DNA from: Marsupella aquatica
Taxonomy: Eukaryota; Plantae; Marchantiophyta
Assembly (NCBI GenBank): GCA_973895155.1
Contig: OZ316895.1
Location: 24,121,438-24,185,437 of the forward strand
Direction of reading: 5' to 3'
Length of the DNA: 64,000 bases
The position numbers and the translations under genes are program-made. This document shows positions 51,244 to 64,000 of this stretch, in pieces. Numbering within the stretch: position 1 is the stretch's first letter; the number at the start of each line of letters is the position of its first letter. The notes under the pieces were generated by a model, which saw only the letters and a program-made list of their open reading frames with translations, did not search any database and had not been told where the DNA came from.

Positions 51244-51649
51244 TTAAGCAAGTAACTATGGTTAGCTTGGATAATCCAACAGTCAACACCTGCAACACTG
51301 GAAAAATATGACACTAAATCTCAGCTAATATATAAAAACCTATTAATATTTAAACCTTTGAAAATAGATTGAACTTTACATGATGAGTAAAGCACAATCG
51401 ATAAACACTATAATCCAGATGCTATTACATGCAGGATTATTCTTTACTTTTCAAGGTATGTTTGCAAATTGTCTTTTTAGTGCGATGCCTACCTGGCCAT
51501 TTTAATATGTCTCATTTTGTCCTAATTATAAGATGGGCCTAAAGGTGCCATTGTGCAACTTGTGTGGTCAAAACCCCTCACTCTCCCTCTTTGAAATCCA
51601 GTTACCAGGCTGACTCATCAACTCCTAGCAACATCTAGCTGCCTGGCCA

Positions 51650-52720
51650 TCTCATTTATGGTAGACAACACTGTTGTTCAACATCATGTGCTATCAACAG
51701 TAATTTGCAACACACTGACATTATACCCCATTGCGAAAGAGCAAAAGGTGTCAAACCTGGGGACAAGATCCCCAAGACAGAGATCCCAATGCCAAGTAGT
51801 AATTGGTAGCATTGCCAAAGAACAAAAATGTCAGACTTGGAGACAAGATCCCAAAGAGTGGATACCCAACAAAGTATTATATGACACTGTCCCAGAACAA
51901 AATGAGCCAAACCGGGAAACAGGAGACCCAACACAAAGGGGAGAAATGAACTGAAAACCAGAGGAAGCTAAGAGACCCCTACAAGAGTTTGCAAAATGCC
52001 AAAAATGCAGAGAATCCCTCCAAGAGTCCCCACATTTGGCAAACTAAATCCCTGATGAGCACTGAAGGGAAAGAAAGTCCCCTACAAGAGTCCCCGCAAG
52101 GCCCAGAAGCCAAAGATTCTCTCCAAGAGTTCCAAAATCCCCAAAAGTCAGCGAGTCTCCAAGAGTTCCCCACAATGGGCAAACTAAACCCTAGTGGGCA
52201 CTAAAGGGAAGACAAGTCCACTATTAGAGTCCCCACAATGCCAACAAGCAGAAAGAGTTCTCTACAAGAGCCCCACAAAGTCAAAAAGCAAGAGTGTCCC
52301 TATTATAAGAGTCCCGCACACCTGGCAAACGAAATCCCAGTGGGCAGTAACTATAACACAGTGCCAGAGTACAAAAGCCCCAAACCGGGATAGAGGACCA
52401 AAAAGGCCCAACAAAGGGAGGGGGAGGGGGACAAGACCCCCAAGAAGACCTGCGATGCCAAACAAGCCAAAGAGGCTCCAAAACAACACACGCACAATAA
52501 AGGGAAGAGTGGTAGAGTAAGGTAAGCACGACAAGTTCCCAAAGTGTAAGGTATACTGTAGACACGATCCCAACGACAGCAAACCCAATGATAATAAAGG
52601 GAAGAAAAGTAGGAGACCCCAAAGACAGGAGACCCAATTTAAATAATAATGAAGGGAAGAAAAGTAGGAGACCCTAACCCTAAAGACAGGACCCAAAAGA
52701 CAGGAGACCCAATAAGAAAT
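51650..52720. repeat. Degenerate A-rich repetitive region, probably a transposon/LTR remnant
   Basis: Recurrent AAGAGTCCCC.CA, GGAGACCC and CCCAAA motifs with strong strand asymmetry; no credible protein. Confidence 0.45.
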
Positions 52721-54077
52721 CTACAAAGGGATCTTGATATTTTTAGTCCTCAATGTCAATACAAAAAGTTTATTGGCAAAAAAAATACACAGTCGTTGGA
52801 TTGGAGTAGCTATTTTCCCTGACCATTGATCAGAAAAATATACACCCCTAGCACATATATGTTTTTGGTTGCCCCATAAATGCCCTAACTCGGACTCCCT
52901 ATGGGCGTAGCCTTCCTTGCTCACTGCAAGGCACCTACTGTACATAGGGCTCGCAAACAAATAATAATGAAAGAAAGAAAAGTAGTGTAAGGTACACCAA
53001 AAGCGAGCCAAGAGCTTTCGCTGGTTTACGGTCAAATTGTGTTTGAAGTCGTTCGCCCGCTCCATTCCACAGCGACCCAACGAATGAACAGACGGGAACG
53101 CAGAACGTACACCACACTACCACTGTACACGCCACGAGCATTTCCTCAAGACACACTGCTCCCAAGTGTGGCAGAGGCGAAGCAGGCGTGGATCGGTGGA
53201 TGGATGGATTCAGGCTTGCCGAAGAAGCTATGGAGCGAACGAAGAGACGTCGGCGGAGATAGCGGCGGAGATCGCAGTCTCGTCACACCACTAAACGTCT
53301 AAACCTAACACATGAGCAGCGCAGCGCACAGTAGCAGTCCACCGTCGACCCGAGGGAGCTGGTGCTCTCTCCTGGACTCCCCGTTTTGTGCATGGGATTT
53401 GTAGTTTTGTACGCAGTCTGGTCTCTCTCGCTGCGCCTGTTGTTTCGCGTTGTGTGGGTTGACTGTGGTTCGTTTGTTAGTTTTAGATTTTAGTTTTTGT
53501 TTGTTTTCGGGTTTGTTGTCTCTGTTTCGATGTCGGTCTCTTGGTGGAAAGATGTCGGCTGTTGGGGCAGTCGATGAGTCTATTCTTCATCGCGTTTGAG
53601 AGGATACGGTTCGTTCGGGTTGTTGATGCGGTGTTTCGTAGTGTGGTCTGGATATTATATATACTTTTCTTGTCGGCATCTCTCTTTCACTTTGTGAAAA
53701 GAGTTCGCCTGACTGGAGAGTCTGATGACGCTTTTCTTCACCGTGTGGTGCGTATTACGGGGTTCGTTCGGTCCGTTCGTCTAGGCGGGAGTGAATGAAT
53801 CTGTGTTTGTTGTCCTCGTGGGGGTATATTGGTCCTTCGACTGATAGTTACGAAATTGGCCCTTCGTTTGCCGTGTGTGGCAGCGGCAGTGTTGAAGTGG
53901 ATTGCCGCCGTCCGAATCGGTCAGATATAACACGCGGGCTGGAGTCTGGTTGAGGAATTAGGGATTTAGGTGTTAGGTAGGGTAGCAGCGCAGAGGGTAC
54001 TTTAATTCAGCCTAGTGAAGTTCGGTGGCATTGTTGCGGCTTCTTCCTTGCCTTGCACTACCGAGAGCATCTTAGGG

Positions 54078-57011
54078 ATGGAGTCGGTCGTGGGGGCTTC
54101 GGTTGCGGCGGAAGCGTTTCTGGCAAGCCTGGAGGCATCCGTGCAAGCAGGAGGAGGAGCTCATCCTTGGCAGCAGCAAGACGGGAATAACGGTGCAGGG
54201 CAGGGGCACGAATACTCATCTCAGAACGGCCAGCCTTCCGAATATGCATCACACGAGACTTCTCAAGCATGGAATGCTTATCAGCAGCAGCAGCAGCAGG
54301 GGAACTCTACTTACGGCCAACAGCAGGACTACCAGTATCAGACTGAGTCCGATTACCAGCAGCAGCAGCAAAGGGAGGCTTATGATGGAGCATACTCATC
54401 ACAACCAGGGGAAGATGGTGCTGCCAGGGGATATTCATATGACGGAAGCGGAGGGTATGTTGGGGGCGATTCCTATGAAGAGGAAGGCAAAGAGGGCCAG
54501 GAGACAGCTACACAACCGCAGTCCGGTTCTGGGAATGGACCGGACGGAACAGGAGGAGGCGAGACCGGTGATGAAAACGTTAGCACGACAGGGGAGACGA
54601 ATTCTCAGAAGAGGAGGCGAAGCAGGTGGGGACCTCAGCCCGACGAGGCCGAGCAGAATGACGGCGAAGGAGGTGCCAAGAAGCGGAAATCGAGATGGGC
54701 AGCAGACGAGCCAAAGTCAGCACTTCTCGGCCAGATTCAGCTCCCCGATTTTGTGAGGGAGCTCACCGGGGGAGTGGATCTCGACCCCGAGCTTCAAGCA
54801 CTCAATATCAAGCTGCTGGACATCAACAGAAAGCTCCAGACGGGTCAAGTGCTCGATGATCGTGGAGACGGGAACAGGTCACCATCCCCTGAGCCAATTT
54901 ATGACAACATGGGTATAAGGATCAATACACGGGAGTACAGGGCACGAGAGAAGCTGACGCGGGAGAGACAGGAGGTCATTTCTCAGCTGATCAAGAAGAA
55001 CCCGACGTTCAAACCCCCTGCAGATTACAAGCCTCCGAAGCTTTACAAGAAGCTCTTCATCCCGGTGAAAGACTACCCGGGTTACAATTTCATTGGGCTA
55101 ATAATTGGGCCGAGGGGGAACACTCAGAAGAGGATGGAGAAGGAAACCGGGGCCAAGATTGTTATCAGGGGAAAAGGCTCTGTCAAGGAGGGAAGGTCTC
55201 AACAGAAGCGGGATATGAAGCCCGACCCTTCAGAAAATGAGGATTTGCATGTTTTGGTTGAAGCTGATACTGCTGATGCTCTTGAGAAAGCGGCTGACAT
55301 GGTGGAGAAGCTTCTGGTGCCCGTCGAGGAGGGTCGCAATGAGCACAAGCGGGCGCAACTGCGGGAACTGGCGGCACTGAATGGTACAATCAGGGATGAT
55401 GAGTATTGCCGTCTTTGTGGAGAGCCGGGGCATAGACAATATGCTTGTCCGGCCCGTCATTCCACTTTTAAGAGTGACGTCTCATGTCGGATCTGTGGAG
55501 ATGGTGGGCATCCGACGATCGATTGTCCTCTAAAAAATTCTGCCCAAGGGAATAAAATGGATGATGAGTATCAGAGTTTCTTAGCCGAGCTGGGTGGTGG
55601 CAATGGGGAGGGTGGTAGCGGTGGTGGTTCCAATGTCGGTGGCGCTGCCCCTTCTAGCGGTGAAGTTGGGTCTTCTCGCCAAGCTGGCGCAACTTTGGCT
55701 CTCCCAGGTCCACAAGGAAGCGGTGGTCCTCCTTGGTCTGGTGGTGGTGGTGGTGCCGGTGGAGCACCCGGAGGAACTCTGCCAGGATTTGTCAGTGCTG
55801 GTGGAGGTCCAGTGGGAGGAAGTTCACAGAATATGGGAGGTGGAATGGGAGGAGTTGGTGGAGGATCTGGACCAATGTCAGGGAATGGAACGGGAGGAGG
55901 GGGTTATCCAGGGAACATGGGGCCTCCTTCCAGAGGAGGTTTTGGTGGCCCTGGAGACATGAGCTCACAGCAGGGCTACGGTGGTGGTGGTGGTAATCCA
56001 CATTACCAGCAGGGAGGAGGTGGCCCGCCAACTCCCAGTGGCAAATTTGCCAAAGACGGTGACGACTCAAATCTCTACGTCGGCTACTTACCGAATTCTG
56101 TGGACGACGAAGGCTTGCTGCGATTATTCGGGCCGTTTGGGCGAGTGGAGGATTCTAAAGTTATCAGAGACCGACTGAATGGAAGCAGCAAAGGGTATGG
56201 GTTTGTCAAGTATACCGACGCTGCTGCTGCTGCTCAGGCAGTTGCACACATGAATGGATACAGGCTGGACGGGAAAATTTTGGCAGTGAGGGTTGCAGGC
56301 CGTCCACCACCTCCCGGGGCGCCTGGAGGCCCTGGAGGACCACCGTTACCAGGAATGGATAATAATATGGGAGGTGGGGGATATGGTCCTCCCCAGCAAC
56401 AACCACCACCCCGTGGACCCCCTGGCCCAGGTGGCCCCATGGGAGGTGGCCGCATGGGTCCCCCTCCGCCATGGGGAGGACCTCCGCCTGTTCAAGCTCC
56501 TTACAACCCTTATGGACCTCCGCATCCATCCAACCCTTACGGACCTCCTCCCACCCAGAATCCTCCTCAAGGAGGGCCAATGCGGGGGCCCCCGCCTCCC
56601 AATTATGGAGCACCTTACAATGCGTATCCCGGGCAGCCTAACCAAGGCGCCCCTGGAGGACCTCCTCCGCAAGGAATGCCGGGAGGGCCTGCTCGAGGAC
56701 CCCCTGGGGTCATGGAAAGTGGGGGGCCTGGTATGCCAGGAGGACCATTGAGTGGAGCTCCTGGTCCTGGAGCACGGCCACCTGCAAGCGGTCCTGCTTA
56801 TCCTCCCATGCCTCAATATCCAGGGTATTATGCTGCCCCACCTCCACCACCAAGCAGTGCACCCCCTCCTCCTCCCCCTCCTCCACCAGGTCCCACTGCA
56901 AGTGGAGTGCCACCACCTTGGGCAAGTAACCCAGCTTCTGCTCCTCCGGCTGTGCAAACTAATGCAGTGGAATCAGAGTATGAGCGATTCATGTCTGAGA
57001 TGGGGCGATAA
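54078..57011 (+). CDS. SF1: Splicing factor 1 / branch-point binding protein, 977 aa, single coding exon
   Basis: U2AF-ligand motifs RRRSRW and [20 protein letters not shown]2 ([19 protein letters not shown]...[11 protein letters not shown]), two CCHC knuckles, a plant-type RRM (NLYVGYL, KGYGFV), a Pro-rich tail and EYERFMSEM. The first in-frame ATG is 54078; the track start at 54015 is a GTG. Confidence 0.96.
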   Translation: MESVVGASVAAEAFLASLEASVQAGGGAHPWQQQDGNNGAGQGHEYSSQNGQPSEYASHETSQAWNAYQQQQQQGNSTYGQQQDYQYQTESDYQQQQQREAYDGAYSSQPGEDGAARGYSYDGSGGYVGGDSYEEEGKEGQETATQPQSGSGNGPDGTGGGETGDENVSTTGETNSQKRRRSRWGPQPDEAEQNDGEGGAKKRKSRWAADEPKSALLGQIQLPDFVRELTGGVDLDPELQALNIKLLDINRKLQTGQVLDDRGDGNRSPSPEPIYDNMGIRINTREYRAREKLTRERQEVISQLIKKNPTFKPPADYKPPKLYKKLFIPVKDYPGYNFIGLIIGPRGNTQKRMEKETGAKIVIRGKGSVKEGRSQQKRDMKPDPSENEDLHVLVEADTADALEKAADMVEKLLVPVEEGRNEHKRAQLRELAALNGTIRDDEYCRLCGEPGHRQYACPARHSTFKSDVSCRICGDGGHPTIDCPLKNSAQGNKMDDEYQSFLAELGGGNGEGGSGGGSNVGGAAPSSGEVGSSRQAGATLALPGPQGSGGPPWSGGGGGAGGAPGGTLPGFVSAGGGPVGGSSQNMGGGMGGVGGGSGPMSGNGTGGGGYPGNMGPPSRGGFGGPGDMSSQQGYGGGGGNPHYQQGGGGPPTPSGKFAKDGDDSNLYVGYLPNSVDDEGLLRLFGPFGRVEDSKVIRDRLNGSSKGYGFVKYTDAAAAAQAVAHMNGYRLDGKILAVRVAGRPPPPGAPGGPGGPPLPGMDNNMGGGGYGPPQQQPPPRGPPGPGGPMGGGRMGPPPPWGGPPPVQAPYNPYGPPHPSNPYGPPPTQNPPQGGPMRGPPPPNYGAPYNAYPGQPNQGAPGGPPPQGMPGGPARGPPGVMESGGPGMPGGPLSGAPGPGARPPASGPAYPPMPQYPGYYAAPPPPPSSAPPPPPPPPPGPTASGVPPPWASNPASAPPAVQTNAVESEYERFMSEMGR

Positions 57012-60000
57012 GTATGCCGGCTAGGAATATACCTGCTTCCTTACGGAAGTATTTTCGTGACAAGTAGAGTAAATGGGTGGGTGGAGACATTGGTCGTCAC
57101 GCACATTTGGGTGGATCAGGTTAAGCTACTCCACAAGCTCCGATACAGCGAAAGAGATTGGCGAGCTCGGCTGAGTTGGGAGTTTATGTAGAACGTACGG
57201 TGTGGACTCAGGTTTGATGACGCAAATGCCTGCTTACAATAAGGTCAGCCTGACCAGTTTCATAAGTGATAGGAAGTTTTGGAAAAGTGTTTGGGGTCTG
57301 GTTCGATGCCTACGGCGAGGCGAGGTTCTTGGTGAGCCCAGCGAATTTTCAACAACTGTGGTGGTTGATTCTGGAGGATCCTAACCTGGGTGTTGTTTGG
57401 ACCTTAACTCTTCACTATTATACCATTTGTTTGGATGCTAACAGGGCGTCCATCAGTCTTTGCAGAGAACGGCTCCATCGAGGCTTGTGAAGTGCCTGAC
57501 ATGGAGCTACTATGGCCCAGTTGTGTTTTTGACCGTGGTTCTATCTCAGGATCGGTGCTGACTTGGGCTCTTGTGTTCGGCATCTTTTACTTAACAAATT
57601 GTTCTAATCGATCGCATTGTCGAGGCTGGGTGGTTAAATTTGATTTAGAAGAATTGTTGATGAATCTGCGACTTAAATCTCCTTACTTGGTCTCCAAGCT
57701 CCAGGGTGTTATGAAGGTTCTTATTATCTTCGGGCATAGACTTCGTTTTTGTAGCAATTTTTTATTTGCGAATAGCTTCATGCGGGTACTGGCAAGGGAT
57801 GGGAGCGCTATCTAATCTTCTGTGAGGTGATTCGAGTGACTGCAGACTTACAAGATTTAGAAACTAGGTAGTTTATCTCATGGCCAGATGGAGCTAATTT
57901 CTATTTTTGATCTTATTCTGTAGATGTCTTTCAAGCAGCTTGGCAGAGAAATTGCTGTGTGGAGGACTGACCATAGATGGCTTTGCTTTTGATTTAGCTT
58001 AGAAAGCATTTGATGTCGTTCACTGAGGGTTTTCCTAACTGTCTAATGACTATCTGGACATATAGTGTGTAAGCAGGATCTTACCATGAGATCTAACATT
58101 TTGGCTAACTACGTGTTTTCACCTTCTATGTTGTTCTGATATGTCGCTGGGCACTCGTACCTATCATTGGGGTGATATTTCCTTCTTGAGAAAATCAGTG
58201 GCCAACTCTTGTATGCCCTATTCATTACGCTTATGGTCTTGACTAATTTAATGAGGTTTTTTACAAACTTCACAGTTCGTTTAGTCAATTGGAAGGCTCC
58301 AAACTGACAGGGCCATTCCGTACGTGCTGTGATCGCAATTATAATCTCGTAGAATCTGACTAATATGTTGTGGTCGCTTTTGGATGTTCGTCTATCGTGG
58401 GCAGTAGGCTTGCTTTTCGGTCAGCGTTTACAAGTTTAATAATTGGCATGCAGATGATGAACATGAGGAATATTTTTGCAAGTATGCTGACAGTCTGTAA
58501 GTTGGAGCGAGGGTTGAGATCAGTGATTTTGGTTGCATTGTGATCCCTTCTGATTAATTGTTGAACGTCAAAGGGTGCGTTTGAACCTGAAGAAGACTGG
58601 CTCACTGTTGCCTGAAGCTCGCAGTCATCCCTAACGCAAAACTATATCTTCAGCACACTAGCCTCATGTGCTTTATAGCCTGCTGATCATCAGTAAGAAC
58701 CGAGAAATTTTGCTTTAATGTCTTCACGCAAAGGAAATTTAACCACGAATGGATGAATTAACTCTTCATCTGCAGCCGTTATATTTTACTGAGCTCTCTA
58801 AGCATGAGCTTTAAGGCGCAAGAACCACGTAGTGGTCTGTAGAAGATGTTGACGAGACATGGCCCTTGCAGCGTGTGCATGTTCGGTCATCACTGACATG
58901 CCTTATGTTTGATTTGAAGCTAGGTTCTGAGGTCAAGATGGATTAACGGGAAGAAGAGGGATTTCTGGTGTGTTAATCCGATGTGTTAGGAATTGGTCTG
59001 TTAGTTTGTAATGTTGTTGCACTGCTCTCTCCAATGTGAGGTCCTATCTTTTCTTGAGTCGCGGGCTATGACAGGACCCTAGACTGACAAAGATCTCTCT
59101 ACATCAGGGAGTGAGGTTTGTGGCTTTTCTGACTGACCATTGTCTCAGCCATTCCTGACAGTTGTGACACATTCCTTTGGGGTGTATTTTTCATGCATAA
59201 AGCGCTACGCATGTAAGTCCGGATGGACGGAGCTCTGTAGAATACGGAAGGAAGGTAACACGAGTCTAAACGAAGGTAACACGAGTCCCTAACGCCGATC
59301 TCTAATGTGGTCTTTGATAATGCAACCCTGAGCGCTGTGCTATTAGGGATGACAGCTCAGTTGAACTGATGAATTATTGAGACCTTCAGTCACTGCTTGG
59401 CTCGAAACTATTTGAAAGAACAGCTAGTGTGACAAGATGTTCGTGCACTTGAGTTAACAGGGAATGCTGAGGTCATGGCTAGAAAGAGTGACGATCGGAT
59501 TGTCCATGAACTGAAGATTCAGGAATAATGTCCAGAGCTGATTCTGAAGAGGCAGTTTGAGACGTACAGCAAGTTATGCACTACCAACGGATGACCCATT
59601 GGTCAACAAACCTTCTGCTAACCATCGTTTGATTGCGTTGTAATAACCGCAATGTGGAACTGCACGAATGATTCAATATTCTGAAGTCAGAATTTCAGCA
59701 GAGCTAACTGCGAAAAGTAAGAATACCCATTGGGATCTGTCGGTACTAATGATGAAGAGGAATGACGAACTGGCCCTCCATCATATCCAAATTCATTGGC
59801 CTTAGCTTTCCGAGTTTCCAAGTTCATAGGCCTAGCTCTAATCCATTGACCTCCCAAGCCCTTGGCTTTCATCCATCGGAGGTCACGAACTACCATTACA
59901 GTACTTCGATTAACGATTGATCGATGACCGTGCTTTTGATTTGAAAATTAGCATTAATAATTCAGGTCTGAAAACGATCAGAGGCAAGCAGAAACTGTTG

Positions 60001-62075
60001 CCACTTACGAGCTTTACTGTGAACTGATTTGGCCAGTGGTCGTCATTTAATGGTGCTTCGAGTATGTCCCACTCCCTTACACCTGCTTTCCAGTACCCTC
60101 GAGGATGAGCAGATCTTCGACTTTATGTGCTGTGCATAGTTGGCTTGCTGCTCCCTGGTCAGGCAGGAGTTGGTCAGAAGTACTGTGGAAGGATACTTTA
60201 TATGTGAAGGAGATCACAAGTAGCTTTGGGATGTGGGGAAGAACGTGCCAAGCATTCGGACTTATATTTAAAATTATAAGTCGAACATGATTTCTTACTT
60301 ACATCTATGTAACACAGGTTGGACTACTGGACGCTTTTGTGCGAAGTGTGCCTAGTTTTCATACTCTTGGTGATCAAGTGCACGAAAGAGTTCACATTTC
60401 AGCCTGTTTCAAAATAATAAATTTATCGGGTGTATTTTATATCTGTCAATCCCAGTGCACATCTAATGGAGTAATTTTTTAGGAAAGCTGAATACCCCCT
60501 ACTTTGACTAAACATGGCTAGAGTGATGGAACCGATGGCAGACTGCCAAAATTTCCAGTGAGTGTTGGTTGCCATGTCCATGCAGAACCACCGCCAAAGT
60601 ATTTCCAAACTCAGAAATTAGTGTTACTCACAGTAATTCTAGTTTAACCTTATTTCTTGTGAATCACTGTTACTTTGGACTAAAAAGTAAAATCATAATG
60701 GGAAAATCAATTTCAATTTGAATAATAAACAAGAATTAGTGCTACTTTGGACTCAAAAGTTAGTGTTCAACCCTATACACTAACATTAATTGTGCAGTAA
60801 AATCACTAATACTTCCAAAACACTAATACCAGGGGAAAGTGCAGTTGGGTAGAGATGTTGGATCTGGCATGCCCCATGTGGCCAAGACCTGATTCCTCAT
60901 GTCAAAGGGCTCCTTTCCAGTCGCTTCCCTTACCCGTGTTTCATGCTTTACTGCTCAATAGTGTTCATGTGCAGGCAAAAAAAGTACTGATTGATCAGTT
61001 GTAAAACAAACAAGGGAAAGTTATCACTTGTGAGAAAAAGGAAGAAATAAACTGGACCTCCTATCAAACACTTTGACTTGACTGGCCCAGTCTTCACCCT
61101 CAGTCAGTAAATCATGCTACCACAGTTTTATTCCTAATCTTTGTGTTATTTCCTATACATACTCCAAGATGTCAAATAGCAAAACTTATAGCTTGGGTTG
61201 AAATATGATCAACTTAGTATATCTACAACTTTAACTCGGATTAACTTGCTAATATGTGATCACAAGTTAGTTGAGATCCAAGCATCATAAGGAGAGAAAA
61301 TGGTGGCTTCCCGGGGATACAATCTTTACACATCAAAATCTTGACTCACGCACATTTACAAGGTTGTCAATTGGATACACTCAACAGCCTTGTGTGGGCA
61401 GATTTTAGATGGAATCTTCTTGGGACGACAAGAGATAACAATCTGCATTGATGAGATCTATGAGGTGTGTTGTCTCTTAAATTGTTTGACATAAAATAGA
61501 GGAGCTCTGTAGCACAACATTTTTAGCATAGGACAGTTCTTGAGTGGGTTGGTGATGGAAGTTTGTTAATTTCTTAGACCTACCATTGAAGAGGTTATGC
61601 ATAGAGGAATTTGAACTAAGCAAAGTAAGGGTTTGGAATTGGACAACAAGAGCTGAGGAATGTTGGGTTTTCCCCACATTTATGGGCTAAGGCCCAACAT
61701 TTTACTGATGTTACTAAGATTAACTGCAAGTGGGGACAAACTGGGACTTCAGCAAACTAAGAATTTACAGTACTAAGGTGTGGATAAGCTAAAAAAAAAA
61801 AAAGGGTGTGGATAAGCTAGGCTTTAAATACAAAGTCATAGTTCGCTTTGGTTTACTTCCATGGGGCTCATTTGTGGCTTCTCAACAAATAGAAGAAGTA
61901 GAATAGCACGAGGCTTACTGAGAGCACAGTGAGCATGTCAAGACACATCCCATGATAATCATTTTGTTATACCACATTTGAGCTGACAATATTCCAACGG
62001 CCAGTTTTCAAACTGAAATTCTTCAGAAATGGCCCTTAAAAAACCAGGAATTACTTGCTTGCCTCTACCGTCTTA

Positions 62076-62632
62076 TAGTTTTTTACTAACATGTCCCTCC
62101 GCATGTCCCCCAAACTACCCAAAGTTTCTAACCTCTCCCCCAAACAAATTAATTATGAACCTGTCCCCCATTTTGTATATGCGGTGCTATTAACTCAACC
62201 ATGGTTACCAAACTTTTGCTCTCATTGGTTACCCTCTCCTTCTTGCTGCTGGTCCTATGTTTACTGTCAAGACCCCAGCAGCAAAATTGAGCAGCAGTTG
62301 GGCTGAAAACTGCCGCAAAACAGCTGAAATTGCTTGTTTGTGACCCTCATTTTGTAAAGTTCCGTTGCACTTGTCGACCTGGAACAGTTTGGCTGAGGCC
62401 CCAACAGTAAACGTTGGTCCAGCAGCAAGGGTGGAGTGGGAGGGCTGCGGGCTAATCCATGGCCCTTGTCATGTGGCAGCTAGAAGCCTCAACCAATGAG
62501 AACAAAAGATTTGTAACCATGGTTGAGTAAATGGTAACCCATACACAAAATGGGGACAGGTTGATAATTAATTTTGTTTGGGGATAGGTTAGAAACTTTG
62601 GGTAATTTGGGGGACAGGTTAGTGAAAAGCTG
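62076..62632. mobile_element. MITE of about 557 bp with about 150-bp TIRs, probably Tc1/mariner-derived
   Basis: 62076-62230 is the reverse complement of about 62490-62632 (CTCAACCATGGTTAC / GTAACCATGGTTGAG; CCCAAAGTTTCTAACCT / AGGTTAGAAACTTTGGG). TA flanks at 62074-62075 and 62633-62634. Confidence 0.8.
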
Positions 62633-62787
62633 TACCATGTTATTGGTCAAATTGATTACAAATGAAAAGCAACAATCTAGTAAATACTTTGTAGAAGTAC
62701 TTCTTGAGTATCCTGGTTTTTCCTTTGTTTTTCCACCTTTAATGGGGTCTTTGGTGCTTTTTGCTCTTTGCCCCTGTTCTATATAAA

Positions 62788-62815
62788 CTAGTCCAATACC
62801 CATGCGTTGCACAAG
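62788..62815 (-). mobile_element. Helitron 3' terminus (element extends to the right; 5' end not located)
   Basis: The minus strand reads CTTGTGCAACGCATGGG-TATTGGA-CTAG|T, a degenerate GC hairpin followed by CTAG and the target T, as expected for a Helitron end. Confidence 0.6.
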
Positions 62816-63519
62816 AAGATGTCGAGGTGAGACAAAGATGTTGAGCTGAGTTTAGATATTGAGTTGAAGCAAAGATATCAAGGTGAGGCAACAATATCAA
62901 GTCAAGGCCAAGAAATGCAAGGGAGACAAAAAAATTATTATTATCAATTTGGTCAATGTTCTTGGTGGGGAGGGCAAAGGTTAGTGCTCACGGTGATGGA
63001 GGAATAGAGGGAGTATGTTTGTTTTTGTCTATAACTTTTAATGAATTAAAATTTATTAAATTTTACAATGAAATTTTCATATTTTTGTATTTCTAGTTTT
63101 ATTCTTCAATCTGGGCAGGTCCAGGGAGGTTCGAGCAAGCACGGGGCAGCTTGGGCAGACATTTGAGATAGGAAGAGTATTTGGGAAAATCTGAGGGGCC
63201 AAGAAATGTTTTTTGATGAAGGGCTAGGATAGCCTCCATGCATGATATAACAAATGAACCCAAAAATACTCACACCTTAAAAGAATTTGCCCCACGCCTC
63301 AAAGGAAAAAAGGTCCCATCACACAACAACCAACCAAAAAACAAAATGGCCTCCTAAAAATTAGAAAGAACATCCCCCAAAAGCTGCCCATCCACATCCC
63401 ACAATATTTAAAACTTAAAAGGTAACACCTTTGTAAAACAGGAGAAAAATATTTAAGAAAGAAAAATAGATTCCCTTGGGTTTCGTTCTTTTTACTCCCT
63501 AGTGCCCGGTTTGGACTTG

Positions 63520-64000
63520 CCCGGCAAATAGGCCGTTTTAAGGCCGTCAACCGCAAGCCGACACCCGGTCTCTCCCGGTCGGCATCATCCGGTCCCGGCC
63601 CGAGTAAATCCGGTCCCGGCCTGAGCCTGGCCCGGACCCTAAACCCCCCCGGGCCTCGGACCCCGATCCTTCACCCCTCCCGACCCCGGACCATTCACCC
63701 TCCCGGCCCCAGACTCTAACGCCCCCCCCCCGCCCCGGACCTCGGGGGTCTCACTATATGGGGACCTCCCCATCGCCTGCGACGTTTTTAGGCCTCGGAC
63801 CCCCTAAAATGTAAGAAAAAAAATTATTTTTAACCCCTATAAAGTTGGAATATTCTTGGAATATTCTAAAAATTGGATTAAAAAGACCCCAATGTTCTTA
63901 TAAGTCTCAAAATTGAATTTAAAGACCCTATTTGTTCTTCTACAAAAATTTCTTAAGTCTTCCCTTAGAACCATAAAATGACCCTATCCTTCGTCGCACG
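63520..64000. repeat. C-rich CCCGG block followed by AT-rich sequence with repeated GACCC(T/C)A; probable transposon part cut by the window edge
   Basis: Composition resembles 35743-36490; termini are not visible. Confidence 0.35.

Noticed and set aside
12726-57011. Functional cluster of chromatin and RNA regulators (ATXR7, BMI1, SF1)
   Set aside because: They are separated by unrelated genes and transposons; co-location is unremarkable without conserved synteny.
54078-57011. Intronless SF1 as a retrogene
   Set aside because: As recalled, the Arabidopsis SF1 coding region also lacks introns, so this is not distinctive.
58451-58553. Possible C/D-box snoRNA (ATGATGA...CTGA); similar pattern at 59367-59471
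   Set aside because: No convincing terminal stem or rRNA/snRNA-complementary guide found by eye; snoscan or Infernal would be needed.

Overview
Eukaryotic nuclear DNA from a land plant, probably a bryophyte or another flagellate-sperm lineage (inferred from gene content and style, not proven). Most of the ORF track is spurious; the real genes were rebuilt by reading splice sites by eye. There are six protein-coding genes: an intronless ATXR7/SET1-type H3K4 methyltransferase (12726-18473, +), a divergent 12-exon complex I 39-kDa subunit (NDUFA9-like; 19148-22207, +), a 4-exon p24beta/GOLD cargo receptor (23179-25477, -), a 6-exon BMI1/DRIP PRC1 RING-RAWUL protein (37515-41371, +), a 12-exon WD40 gene almost invisible in the ORF track (43292-49484, -), and an intronless splicing factor 1 (54078-57011, +). 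Between them are transposon remains: an LTR-retrotransposon end with its PBS, a PIF/Harbinger element split by a 2.5-kb solo LTR, a LINE 3' fragment, MITEs, a Helitron 3' end, a 3.8-kb inverted repeat and nested tandem arrays. The best leads are the WD40 gene, whose frame is intact only through a GA-AG intron; a possible read-through or dicistronic SET1 + NDUFA9-like unit; a PPPGY repeat array between the two GYF-like domains of the SET protein; and the large hairpin. All are hypotheses, and no wholly new system can be demonstrated from sequence alone.
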